Under the pieces are notes generated by a model. It saw only the letters and a program-made list of their open reading frames with translations, made no database searches and was not told the origin of the DNA. Below are positions 9,399 to 19,382 of a stretch of 64,000 nt of DNA, in pieces; within the stretch, counting starts at the first letter, position 1; every line of letters begins with the position of its first letter. The position numbers were made by a program, and so were the translations under genes. Source of the DNA: Kiritimatiellia bacterium (GTDB lineage: Bacteria; Verrucomicrobiota; Kiritimatiellia; JAAZAB01); NCBI GenBank assembly GCA_040767085.1, contig JAXGPF010000007.1, positions 1-64,000 on the forward strand, in the 5' to 3' direction.

Positions 9399-9625
9399 GC
9401 CTCAAAACAGAGGGGAGAAATTCACCACAAAAAGAACGCCAAAGAACGCGAAAGGGCAGATACTGCCCCTCTGCCCCTTTTGATCCTTTAATCCTTTGCC
9501 CATTCTGATTTAACCACGAAGAACACGAAGGGGGAGCGGAAATTAAAGTGTGTGGGTGGGTGCCTTCCCATTTGATCCTTTGTGCCTTTGATCCTTTGTG
9601 CCTTTGCCCCTTCTTATGAAATTGG

Positions 9626-10063
9626 CTACAAATCCGCGCTGGAAATATCCGCCGCTTCGCCTGTACCGCCGGGTTCGCCGTCGGCGCCGTAGGAGATGAT
9701 TTCGTAAGGAGTATTGTCGGCCCCGGGCACGATGTAAACATACGGGTGATTCCATGGGTCAACCGGCACTTTGCGGCTGTCCAGGTAGCCTTCTTCAGGA
9801 TAATTTTCAGGGATCGGCGGGCGGGTCGGACGCTGGCAGAGCGCCTCGATCCCTTGCGCTTGCGTGGGAAATGCCGCATGATCCATTCGGTACATCTGCA
9901 AGGCCTGCTTAAAAGTCCGAATCTGCATGCGGGCGGCCGCCACACGCGCCTCGCCTGGCCGGCGCAAAACACTCACACCCACTATGCCGGCGAGGATGGA
10001 AATGATCAGAATCGTCACCAGCACTTCGATAAATGAAAAACCGGCACTCTTGTGCGCACTCAT
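9626..10063 (-). CDS. gspG: Type II secretion major pseudopilin GspG
   Basis: AG|FSFIEVLVTIL; FPTQAQGIEAL; DPWNHPYVYIVPG; SYGADGEPGGTGEAADI. ATG 10063 with AGGAGG RBS. Confidence 0.92.
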   Translation of the reverse strand: MSAHKSAGFSFIEVLVTILIISILAGIVGVSVLRRPGEARVAAARMQIRTFKQALQMYRMDHAAFPTQAQGIEALCQRPTRPPIPENYPEEGYLDSRKVPVDPWNHPYVYIVPGADNTPYEIISYGADGEPGGTGEAADISSADL

Positions 10064-10562
10064 TTTTACCTCCTGAATTGTTCCAGCATCATACCACAAA
10101 AAACCGCTTTTTTACTCTCACAAAGTCACCAAGCCACAAAGGAGAACAAATTTGCAGGAAAAATTTATTGGAACACGCAAAACAGACCCAGTTTAGCCAC
10201 AAAAATGCAAAACGCACAAAATTGTCAAATCCATTGCCAATTGCCGCGCCTGACCGGCATCTGCCGGTCTGACGGCTTCATTTAATGTGCCATGTAATTC
10301 CATTATATCCATGCTCTTTCATGTATATGTGCGTGCCCAACGTAGCTTTAGCGAAGGCGGGCTGTGTCCGCCATAGCATCCGAGCGAAGGCGGATGGTTA
10401 ATCCCTCCATCCGCTCATCCGTCTCTGTGGTAAACAAATCCCATCTTCTTTATGGCCGAAAATCTGCGTAATCTGTGGATAAAAAAGTTCCGTGGTGAAT
10501 TATCCGCATCTTCTTTGTGGCTTTGCGTCTTTGTGAGAAAACAAACCAGCCCGGCGCCGGCA

Positions 10563-11186
10563 TTAGCCGGCCAGAAATGGATTGGAGGCATATTCCGCCG
10601 CCAGGATGGAAGCCGGGCCGTGCCCGGGATAAATCCGGGTTGCCTCCGGCAAGCCGCGTAAATGCCGCAGGGAATCCGCCAGGATACGGGTGTCGCCCCC
10701 GGGCAGGTCCGTACGGCCCACCGTGCCCTGAAAAAGGGTATCGCCGGTAAACATGACGTTTTGATCCGGGAAATAATAACAAACGCCGCCCGGCGAATGG
10801 CCGGGGGTGTGGATGATACGGCACTCCCAAGGGCCGGCCGCCAGGCGTAAATCTTCCGGAAAGATGGTGGCGGCAGCCGGTCGGCGCGGGGCGGCGTAAT
10901 ACGGATCCAGCCGGTTGGCCTCTTCGAAGGCCCAACGGGCGTCGGCCGGATGCAGGATGGCCGGCGCCGGAAATTCATCCGCCAGGTCCGCCAGGGCGCT
11001 GACATGATCCACATGGCCATGCGTCAGCAGGTAACACGCCACGGTCAATCCGGCGCGGCGTAAACGATCGGCGATCGCCGCGGCATCCGCCCCGGGGTCA
11101 ACCACCAAGGCCCGGCCCGTGGCGCTATCACAAGCCAGGTAACAATTAACTTCGAATGGCCCAACCACTATGAATTCAATTTTCAT
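10563..11186 (-). CDS. MBL-fold metallo-hydrolase (glyoxalase II/YcbL-like)
   Basis: THGHVDH, HTPGHSPG, FTGDTLF and YPGHG motifs. Confidence 0.92.
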   Translation of the reverse strand: MKIEFIVVGPFEVNCYLACDSATGRALVVDPGADAAAIADRLRRAGLTVACYLLTHGHVDHVSALADLADEFPAPAILHPADARWAFEEANRLDPYYAAPRRPAAATIFPEDLRLAAGPWECRIIHTPGHSPGGVCYYFPDQNVMFTGDTLFQGTVGRTDLPGGDTRILADSLRHLRGLPEATRIYPGHGPASILAAEYASNPFLAG

Positions 11187-11245
11187 GCCTGAATTATTAA
11201 GGTTCTCAAAATAATATGCAACTACTCAGGCACCCGACCTCCGGA

Positions 11246-11408
11246 GCGGCGGGCAAGGGACCCAGGCTTTGCCAAGGCTACGCCGGGCAAGCTGCCCGCC
11301 CTACCTTCGGAACGGCTCGCCCGGCGGTCTCGCCCTACCGCCGGAACCGAGGCGGGCAAGGGACCCAGGCTTTGCCAAGGCTACGCCGGACAAGCTGCCC
11401 GCCCTACC
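11246..11408. repeat. Cluster of GTAG-type REP-like palindromes, including a duplicated ~58-bp unit
   Basis: GGCGGGCAAGGGACCCAGGCTTTGCCAAGGCTACGCCGG(G/A)CAAGCTGCCCGCCCTACC occurs twice; related inverted copy at ~14600-14660. Confidence 0.75.
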
Positions 11409-11443
11409 GCCGGCCGCCCGTTCACCAATAATCGTCCAGTATA

Positions 11444-12586
11444 TCACGGCAGATATTTGCCCTTTTTCAGCTTGTCCGGCAGGTAAGTTTCCAGCACGAA
11501 ATTCAATCCATGTTTGGCAAAGGCCTGCTGCTCGATGCGCACGCCCAGTTCCAGCATGTGCTTCAAGGCCTCCTGCCATTCGCGGTGATGCTTGATGAAC
11601 GGATCGTTCTTCAGGGCATCGCGCGCGCGCTTGATGTCGTTCGGTTCCAGGGGATGGGTGGCGTCTTCGAGGTCGTAATCCTTGATGTCCTGCGGGGTCA
11701 CGCCCAGGTAATGCGCCTGCGGGACGCAGAAATACTGGTTGATGTGCGCCGCCTGGCCGGAGCCGACTTTTAGCGTCCGGTAGATATTGCAATAGCCGTA
11801 GGGGTCGCCGTCGGTGAACGCCAGCACCGGCAGGCGGCACTCGTCCGACAGGCGGCGGATAAAACGCCGGCAGGCCCGGGTGGGCACGCCGCTCATGGAA
11901 ATCAGCACGCAGTTGGCCGTGGCATAATAACGGTGATGCACCAGGCGCTGGAACAAAGAAGCCGTCTCGATCACCAGGATGAATTTAGCCTTGGATATGA
12001 AACGCAAGTGCTCCACCTGGGAAGGAATGCTCCAGGCGCCGGTGCCGAGTTGGGCGCAGTCAATCCGGATTTCACGCCCGCTGCCGGGCTGGCGGTCCAA
12101 CACGACCAGGGGTCCGGTGACTTCGCCGCCGTGTTCCTCCGGGATGTATCCGAGTTGCTCGCGGTTCACCCCCAGCATGGCCTCCATGTCGTCCAGCAGT
12201 GTGTCGCTTTCCGGCTGGTTGTCGAACCGACACTCGCCCCAGCTTTTGCTGTTGTAGTAGATTTCGCGCTTGCCGGCGATGTCCTGGCGATCCAGCAAGT
12301 CGGTTTTCGTGGTTGCCAGCAGGCGCATGGACTGCGCAAAGGTTTTGACGGTGTTGTACGATAAGGTGCGCGTCGCCACCTTGTTCATAATTTCAAAATG
12401 GCCTTTGCGCGGATCGTATTTAACATTGCCCAGCGAGCGGACCGGGAACCGCATGCGCGGCTGGGCCGCCTTGTTGACGATATCGCGGTAGATGCCCCGG
12501 GCGATCTCCACAATGCGCCCGGCAGCGTCCTGGCGGGAAACCAGAGCGGGCCCCTTGGAAGCGGAATCTGTCGTTTTTTTCTTCAT
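11444..12586 (-). CDS. top6A: DNA topoisomerase VI subunit A (Spo11-like)
   Basis: KREIYY catalytic-Tyr motif; TOPRIM VIET and DGDPYG; IEQQA near the C-terminus. Start taken at MKKKTT (12586). Confidence 0.93.
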   Translation of the reverse strand: MKKKTTDSASKGPALVSRQDAAGRIVEIARGIYRDIVNKAAQPRMRFPVRSLGNVKYDPRKGHFEIMNKVATRTLSYNTVKTFAQSMRLLATTKTDLLDRQDIAGKREIYYNSKSWGECRFDNQPESDTLLDDMEAMLGVNREQLGYIPEEHGGEVTGPLVVLDRQPGSGREIRIDCAQLGTGAWSIPSQVEHLRFISKAKFILVIETASLFQRLVHHRYYATANCVLISMSGVPTRACRRFIRRLSDECRLPVLAFTDGDPYGYCNIYRTLKVGSGQAAHINQYFCVPQAHYLGVTPQDIKDYDLEDATHPLEPNDIKRARDALKNDPFIKHHREWQEALKHMLELGVRIEQQAFAKHGLNFVLETYLPDKLKKGKYLP

Positions 12587-12723
12587 AATTTCTAGCCGCA
12601 AGTGGCAAAGGTACAGAGGGAAAAATTCACCACAAAAGAACACAAAGAACGCGAAAGGGCCGGATTCTGCCCCTTTGTGCCTTTGATCATTTGCCCCTTT
12701 GATCCTTTCCCTCCGCCACCGTC

Positions 12724-14445
12724 TCATTTTTTCAGCCGGGTGCGTTCCAGCATGCGGCGCAGGCGCCCGTTCAGGTCAGACTCCCGGCGGTCGTCAAAAT
12801 CCAGAATCTGGCGCAAACCCAGGGAGAGATGCGGGAGGTACATTTCAATGTAATTGCGCTTGCGTTCCTGCTCGGCCTCGCGCCGGCGCCGGCTGAGGTA
12901 AACGCTCAACTGGCGACCGCATTCCTGGAGCGCGAAGGTGATTTCCCGGATGATTTCGGGATAATGCGCGATGGCCTCCTTGCTTTCGCTGGTGAACGGC
13001 ACCCAGACGCTGGCGATATGCACCAGGATCAGGGCCGGCCCCAGCGGCAATGATCCGCGCGGCTGGGTCAGGCCGTAATTTTTCCAATTCATCGCGGCGG
13101 CGGCCTTGAAGACGGCGCAGGCGCCGGCCATGTACAGCAAGGGCACCTTGTTGGCGAAGCGCATCAGGCGCACCGGATCGTCCGCGCCCAGCGCATTTTC
13201 GGCCGAGGGCCGGGCGTAAGCCAGGCCGGCCTCAACCTGGAACGGATTGCCGCGGTAAACTTCCGGGTTGCGGGTCACCGCCGTGTAGAAATCCGCCTGG
13301 ATTTCCTTGCGCAGACCGGCGACGATCTGGTCCTCGCCGATGGGCGACAGGCAATCCGTTGGAGGCCGCATGAGTTTAACAGTATTAATCGCCTTGAACA
13401 GTCCCTCGCTGCCCCGCTGCGCCACCACCTGGGCGGGCCGCGTTTTAGGGTCCAGGCCGGCCTGCCGGCAGATTTCCACCGCCGCGCGGGAACTGATCCG
13501 TGAAAAATCTGTCTCCAGGGCCGACTTCAACGTGCGGGCGGCGGTATCCTTGAGCATCTGGGTCAGCATGCCCAGTTCCACGCCCTGGGGATGCGGCTTG
13601 ATTTCGCGCGGCGGGGTTGGCAAAGCCCTGGTGCCGCGTTGAAAACTGGTCCAAGCGCCGGCCGAAGCGGCCGGCTGGGCGGCCGGTGCGGCCACGGCGG
13701 CGGCGGCTTCGCGGTCCGCGGAACTTTTGCCGTTGTCCAACAACTGCATCCGGAAATGCAGCGCCAGGTGGGGATTGACGATGGCGCATTGCTTGAGATA
13801 TTCGTCCACCGACAATTTGCCCCGGACATAGGCCGCCTCCATCTCGATCGCCACCTGCGTGCCGTGCGGGTAAGTCAATGGGGCGGCTGCCGGCGCGCCA
13901 TCCGCCGCCGCGGTTTCGAAGGAAGGCGCCCAATCGATTTCCACATCCTTGATGATGACGGGCTTGTTGGCCCGCGTGTCCAGTTGCACCTCCATGTGGT
14001 GGGCGCGGGCGGAATTTTTAACGCGGGACTGGATGACGGTCGCGCCGCCGGTGGTTAATTGCCCGTACATGCCCGCGGCGCTGATGCCGATACCCTGCTG
14101 GCCGCGCGACATGCGCAGCCGGTGAAATTTCGACCCATACAACAGTTTGGCAAAAATCTTGGGAATCTGGGACCGCAGGATCCCCGGGCCGTTGTCGGTC
14201 ACCACCACCAGGAAACGTTTTTCGCCGGTCTGGCGGATTTCCACGCTGATTTCCGGCAGGATACCGGCTTCATCGCAGGCATCCAGCGAATTGTCCACCG
14301 CTTCCTTCACCGCGGTCAACAGGGCCTTGCGGGGGTTGTCGAATCCCAGCAAATGCCGGTTTTTCAGAAAGAATTCCGAGACCGAAATTTCACGCTGCAT
14401 GCGGCCCATGCTTTCCGCTGTGGCCGGGTTAGTGGTCTTTTTCAT
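12724..14445 (-). CDS. top6B: DNA topoisomerase VI subunit B
   Basis: EISVSEFF.KNRHLLGF; GHKL motifs EAVDNSLDA, DNGPGI, SRGQQGIGIS; transducer RFANKVPL and WVPFTSESKEAIA. Confidence 0.95.
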   Translation of the reverse strand: MKKTTNPATAESMGRMQREISVSEFFLKNRHLLGFDNPRKALLTAVKEAVDNSLDACDEAGILPEISVEIRQTGEKRFLVVVTDNGPGILRSQIPKIFAKLLYGSKFHRLRMSRGQQGIGISAAGMYGQLTTGGATVIQSRVKNSARAHHMEVQLDTRANKPVIIKDVEIDWAPSFETAAADGAPAAAPLTYPHGTQVAIEMEAAYVRGKLSVDEYLKQCAIVNPHLALHFRMQLLDNGKSSADREAAAAVAAPAAQPAASAGAWTSFQRGTRALPTPPREIKPHPQGVELGMLTQMLKDTAARTLKSALETDFSRISSRAAVEICRQAGLDPKTRPAQVVAQRGSEGLFKAINTVKLMRPPTDCLSPIGEDQIVAGLRKEIQADFYTAVTRNPEVYRGNPFQVEAGLAYARPSAENALGADDPVRLMRFANKVPLLYMAGACAVFKAAAAMNWKNYGLTQPRGSLPLGPALILVHIASVWVPFTSESKEAIAHYPEIIREITFALQECGRQLSVYLSRRRREAEQERKRNYIEMYLPHLSLGLRQILDFDDRRESDLNGRLRRMLERTRLKK

Positions 14446-14834
14446 GGGGCGCGATATTAAGCAAGGGGGACGCAAAAGTCAATTGCACAGACGGGCATTC
14501 GACTTCCGGAGGGGCGACAGACCTGGAAAAATTTACCGCAAAAGAACACAAAGAACGCAAAAGGGCCAGATACTGCCCTCTGCCTTTGATTTATATCTTG
14601 GGTAGTGCGGTCAGCTTGCCCGGCGTAGCCTTGGCAAAGCATGGGTCCCTTGACCGCCTCCGCCTCGGCGCCCAAGGGACTGGGCGCCCTACCTCGGATT
14701 GATATTCCTATATATTGACATAGACGGATTGCTTCAGTTCTTCACTCTGCCCCTTTGCCCCTTTGATCCTTTGATCCTCTGCCCCTTTTCTAATTTACCG
14801 CAAAGATCGCATGGAACGCAAAGAAGGACAATTA

Positions 14835-14903
14835 GTGCCTTAAACCACAGCACCTGCCAAAAAAACAAGAAAATCGGAGGGCAGGTACTGAGGTTTAAGG
14901 CAC
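14835..14903. repeat. Hairpin/MITE-like element with GTGCCTTAAAC termini (related copy at 19301-19370)
   Basis: GTGCCTTAAACCACAGCACCTGCC...GGCAGGTACTGAGGTTTAAGGCAC. Confidence 0.6.
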
Positions 14904-15243
14904 GGTGCAGGTGCAGGCGACAGGTGCAAGTTTGTCCAGAAGCAACTGGATGTAATCAGTCCGGCATAGCCGGACGGGACGGATCCGGATTGGTTCCGGA
15001 TCAAACCAAGCCTTCACTTGTGGCTTGCACTTGTCACGGCAGTCCGGCGGCTGCCGGACTGTGGCCGCAGGCCGCCTTGGAATTGTGGATGTCGGATTCG
15101 GAACGGCGCGCCCGGCTTGCCGGGACAAATGTGCTGCATTTTGCATCCCGTTAAGATTTGCTTTGATTCGGCGACAATCTGCGCTATATTGCCAGACTTG
15201 TCCGATCCTGGTGTGGGACCGGATTTCAAAAAGGAACGCGACC

Positions 15244-17781
15244 ATGCAGGAGAAATACCCCTTTGCGGAAATTGAAGCCAGGTGGCAGGCCTACTGGACC
15301 GAAGCCGGATTTTTCAAGGCCGACCTGGAACGACCCGAGCACAAATACTACTGCCTGATGATGTTCCCCTACCCCTCGGCCGCCTTGCATGTCGGTCATG
15401 GCCGTAATTACATCATCGGCGACGCCGTGGCCCGCTATAAGATCATGCGGGGGTATAACGTGCTGGCCCCGATGGGTTGGGACGCGTTCGGCCTCCCTGC
15501 CGAAAATGCCGCCATCAAGACCGGCACCCACCCCCGTGTTTCCACCTTGCGCAACATCGCCACCATGAAACGCCAGCTCCGCGCCTGGGGCGTATGCTAC
15601 GACTGGGACCGCGAAGTCACCGCCTGCCTGCCGGACTACTATAAGTGGACCCAGTGGATGTTCCTGCAATTTTACAAGCACGGCCTGGCTTATAAGGCCA
15701 AGGCGCCGGTGAACTGGTGCCCTTCCTGCGCCACGGTGCTGGCCAACGAAATGGTGATTGACGGCCGGTGCGAACGCTGTGAGACCGAAGTCGTGGAAAA
15801 GCGCCTGGAGCAGTGGTTTTTCAAGACCACGGCCTACGCCCAACGCCTGCTGGACGACCTCGAAAAACTCTCCGGCTGGCCCGAGCGGGTAAAAACCATG
15901 CAGGCCAACTGGATCGGGCGCAGCGAAGGCGCACAGGTCCGGTTCAAGTTGCAGCCGCGTCCCGATGGACGCGCCGATCCCTGCGCGGAAATCGCCTGCT
16001 TCACCACGCGCGTTGACACGATTTACGGCTGCACTTACATGGTGCTGGCCCCCGAATACGCGCACCTGCCGCAACTGGTCAAGGGGTTGCCCCAGGAATC
16101 CGCCGTCCTGGATTTCGTCCGGCAAGCCGGCCGCATCGCCGCCAAGGAACGTCTCTCCGATACCGCGGAAAAAAACGGCGTTTTCACGGGCCGCCATGTT
16201 GTCAATCCGTTTAACGGCGAAGCCATTCCCCTGTGGGTGGGCGATTACGTGATCATGAGCTACGGCGCCGGCGCGGTCATGGCTGTGCCCGCCCACGATA
16301 CGCGCGACTGGGCCTTCGCCCGCAAGTATCATTTGCCCGTCCGCCTTTCCATTCAAAACCCGGCGCAAAACCTGGCGCTGGAGTCCATGCCCGACGCCTT
16401 CTGCGAGGATGGCGTCACCTGCGCTTCCGGCGCCTTCAGCGGACTGCCCAGCGCCGAGGCCCGCCGACGGATGACGGATTTTGCGGCCCACCAGGGCTTT
16501 GGCGAGGCGCAGGTGAATTACCGCCTGCGCGATTGGCTGATCAGCCGCCAGCGCTATTGGGGCGCGCCAATTCCAATTATTTACTGCGAAGATTGCGGCA
16601 TGCAGCCCGTGCCGGATCAGGACTTGCCCGTGCTGCTGCCGGAGGATGTCGAATTCCGGCCCAAGGGCGAATCGCCGCTGGCCGGTTCCAAGTCGTTCCA
16701 TAATGTCAAGTGCCCGGTCTGCGGCAAACCCGCCCGTCGGGAAAGCGACACCATGGACACCTTCGTGGATTCCAGCTGGTACTTCCTGCGCTACCTCTCG
16801 CCGCGCGACGAACGCCGGGCGATCGACACCGACACCTGCAACCGCTGGCTGCCGGTGGATCAATACATCGGCGGCGTGGAACATGCCATCTTGCACCTGC
16901 TCTATGCCCGCTTTTTCACCAAGGCGCTGCACGACATGAGCCTGCTGGCCTTCGATGAACCGTTTGCCAACCTCTTCACCCAGGGCATGATCTGCAAGCG
17001 CAGCGAGCGCGACGGCCAGCTCTACAAGATGTCGAAATCCAAGGGCAACGTGGTCAGCCCGGACGAATTGATCCGCGAGTACGGCGCCGACACCGTCCGG
17101 CTGTATACGCTATTCATCGGCCCCCCCGAAAAAGACGCTGAGTGGAGCGATCAGGGCATTGAAGGCGCCTCGCGTTTCCTGCGCCGCCTGTGGCGCCTGG
17201 TGCATGCCAACCTGGAAACCATCCGCGGCGCGTCCAGCGACGCCCTGGACATCCCGGCCATGTCGCCCGCCGCGCGAGAACTGTTCCGGAAAACCCATCA
17301 CAGTATCCGGAAAGTCACCGCCGACCTCGAAGGCGCCTTTCATTTCAATACCGCCATCGCACAGATCATGGAATTGTTGAACGCGCTGGAAGCGTTCCGC
17401 CCGGCGGAAGCGGGCGCGCAGGGCGGCGCGGTGTTCCGCCAGGCCGTGGAAACGCTGGTGAAATTGCTGGCGCCGCTGGCGCCGCACATGGCCGAGGAAT
17501 TGTGGATTAACCTCGGGCACAAGGCCGGCATCATGCGCACGCCCTGGCCCGCGGCTGATGAACGGGCGCTGGCGCGCGATACGGTGGAGATCGCCATCCA
17601 GATCAACGGCAAGTTGCGCGGCAAAATGCAGATCAGCGCCGGCCTGGACCGCGCGGCCGCGGAAAAGGCCGTACTGGAACACCCGCAGACCGAGCAATGG
17701 CTGGCCGGCGCGGCGGTCCGCAAGGTGATCGTCGTGCCCGACCGGCTGGCCAACATCGTCGTGCAACCCGCCGGCAAATAA
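15244..17781 (+). CDS. leuS: Leucine--tRNA ligase
   Basis: MFPYPS, HVGH (HIGH), GWDAFGLPAENAA, DWLISRQRYWG, KMSKS. Start MQEKY at 15244. Confidence 0.98.
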   Translation: MQEKYPFAEIEARWQAYWTEAGFFKADLERPEHKYYCLMMFPYPSAALHVGHGRNYIIGDAVARYKIMRGYNVLAPMGWDAFGLPAENAAIKTGTHPRVSTLRNIATMKRQLRAWGVCYDWDREVTACLPDYYKWTQWMFLQFYKHGLAYKAKAPVNWCPSCATVLANEMVIDGRCERCETEVVEKRLEQWFFKTTAYAQRLLDDLEKLSGWPERVKTMQANWIGRSEGAQVRFKLQPRPDGRADPCAEIACFTTRVDTIYGCTYMVLAPEYAHLPQLVKGLPQESAVLDFVRQAGRIAAKERLSDTAEKNGVFTGRHVVNPFNGEAIPLWVGDYVIMSYGAGAVMAVPAHDTRDWAFARKYHLPVRLSIQNPAQNLALESMPDAFCEDGVTCASGAFSGLPSAEARRRMTDFAAHQGFGEAQVNYRLRDWLISRQRYWGAPIPIIYCEDCGMQPVPDQDLPVLLPEDVEFRPKGESPLAGSKSFHNVKCPVCGKPARRESDTMDTFVDSSWYFLRYLSPRDERRAIDTDTCNRWLPVDQYIGGVEHAILHLLYARFFTKALHDMSLLAFDEPFANLFTQGMICKRSERDGQLYKMSKSKGNVVSPDELIREYGADTVRLYTLFIGPPEKDAEWSDQGIEGASRFLRRLWRLVHANLETIRGASSDALDIPAMSPAARELFRKTHHSIRKVTADLEGAFHFNTAIAQIMELLNALEAFRPAEAGAQGGAVFRQAVETLVKLLAPLAPHMAEELWINLGHKAGIMRTPWPAADERALARDTVEIAIQINGKLRGKMQISAGLDRAAAEKAVLEHPQTEQWLAGAAVRKVIVVPDRLANIVVQPAGK

Positions 17782-18016
17782 CCGGCCGCGCGGCGTGGCG
17801 CAATCCGGATACCGAACACAATGCTACGCTGAAGCTGCGCCGGGCGTCCGGCTTCGCCCTGCCATTTCATGATTATTTGCCACGGGTAGGGCGCGCAGTG
17901 CCGCCAGCGCGGGCCGCGCCTTGCGCGTCGCTCCGAATCCGATCATCTACAATTCCAATTGTCCTTCTTTGCGTTCTTTGTGTTCTTTTGCGGTGAATTT
18001 TTTCCTGGTCTGAAAC

Positions 18017-19057
18017 TCACCGCCGCAGGTTTTTGACCTTCACCGGGCACCCTGTGCGGGCGGAGGTCAGCGCGGCTTCCCCGAAGGCCACGGTATTGGC
18101 GCCTTCGTATTCGTCCGTCGGCGGACGCTTGCCGGACTGCAGGCACTTGACGAATTCGTCCACTTCCGCGGCCACATTGTGGTTGTTGACCGCCACCGGC
18201 ACCTCCCAGGCGCGGCCCATCCCCGGAATGCCGGTTTTCTGGTACTTGGCGTTGAACAGTGTCAGGGTATCGCTGGTGTTATCGCAGATGATCGAGCCTT
18301 CCGTGCCGTGAATCACCGTGCGCATGGAATAGCCGGCCTTGACGCCGATAGAGACGAACACCTTGCCGATCACATTGTTGGGCATTTTGAAAATCGCCAC
18401 ACCGGTGTCATTGGCCGGCCATGTCGGCAAATACTTGTGATTCATGTAGCATTGCACTTCCAGGGGATTGCCGGCCAGCCAGCGCAGCAAATCCAAAGCG
18501 TGGCAGCCGCCGCCGATGAAACCCTCGCGGCGGATTTTGGGGTCGCTGCGCCATTTGCCCACGCCTTCGACATGCGCGTAATTATGGTAATACTCGCTCT
18601 CGATAAACACCAGCTCGCCGATGACGCCATCGCTGATCAACTGCTTGGCGGCGCGGAAACCGGGCGTGTAACGGCCCACCTGGCCGGTCATGAACCAGCG
18701 TTTGTATTTTTTGGCGGCGTCTATGATCTTCTTGCAGTCCGCCACGGTGGGCGCCATGGGCTTTTCGCAGATGACGTGGCAGCCCCGGCGCAAGGCCCGC
18801 ACGGACTGCGGGACATGCAGGTGGTCGGGCGTGGCGACAACGACCACATCCATATCAGCTTTAAAAAATTCATCCTCGGATTGCTTGACCGACTCCGGCG
18901 CCGGCAGGGTGACTTTCCGCTGCGCCATGAACGCGCGGCAGCCTTCCATGTTCGGATCGTACACGGCAACGAGTTCCGCCGCCTGATTCCGCGCCACACC
19001 TTCCACCCACATCGCGCCCATCTTCAATCCCAGCACACCGAAACGATACTTTTTCAT
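18017..19057 (-). CDS. Gfo/Idh/MocA family oxidoreductase
   Basis: VVATPDHLH, HVICEKPM, GGCHALD. Confidence 0.9.
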   Translation of the reverse strand: MKKYRFGVLGLKMGAMWVEGVARNQAAELVAVYDPNMEGCRAFMAQRKVTLPAPESVKQSEDEFFKADMDVVVVATPDHLHVPQSVRALRRGCHVICEKPMAPTVADCKKIIDAAKKYKRWFMTGQVGRYTPGFRAAKQLISDGVIGELVFIESEYYHNYAHVEGVGKWRSDPKIRREGFIGGGCHALDLLRWLAGNPLEVQCYMNHKYLPTWPANDTGVAIFKMPNNVIGKVFVSIGVKAGYSMRTVIHGTEGSIICDNTSDTLTLFNAKYQKTGIPGMGRAWEVPVAVNNHNVAAEVDEFVKCLQSGKRPPTDEYEGANTVAFGEAALTSARTGCPVKVKNLRR

Positions 19058-19088
19058 ACAACCAACCTTTCTTTCTTTTTATATAACA

Positions 19089-19170
19089 GATTCAATTTAA
19101 AAGTCGTCCCCTGCCACCTTGTGTGGCAGGAACGAAAGGCTATGTTAAAAGACAACATGTGTTTTACAAC
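19089..19170. mobile_element. Truncated copy of the MITE-like element at 32961-33134
   Basis: GATTCAATTTAAAAGTCGTCCCCTGCCACCTTGTGTGGCAGGAACGAAAGG closely matches 32961 onward; no right TIR seen. Confidence 0.65.
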
Positions 19171-19300
19171 AACATGGAGCGCAAGGTTTGCCATGAGCGG
19201 AGTCGAAGGCGCAGTTTGTCATGAAATAAATCCACAATCTTCCATTTCGTCCGGCTATGCAAAACTAACTACACGTTCACTTGCCGCTTGCACTTTCTCC

Positions 19301-19370
19301 GTGCCTTAAACTCTGGAAACTGCCAACCATATTTCCCTGTTTTTTGCGGCAGTTTCCAGAGTTTAAGACG
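19301..19370. repeat. Long inverted repeat of the GTGCCTTAAAC family; may also act as a terminator
   Basis: CTTAAACTCTGGAAACTGCC...GGCAGTTTCCAGAGTTTAAG, 20-bp arms. Confidence 0.7.
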
Positions 19371-19382
19371 TTAATGCCGCCG

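Noticed and set aside
15025-15243. Extended leuS N-terminus or T-box leader
   Set aside because: LeuS homology begins at MQEKY; no T-box consensus or leader terminator was recognised.
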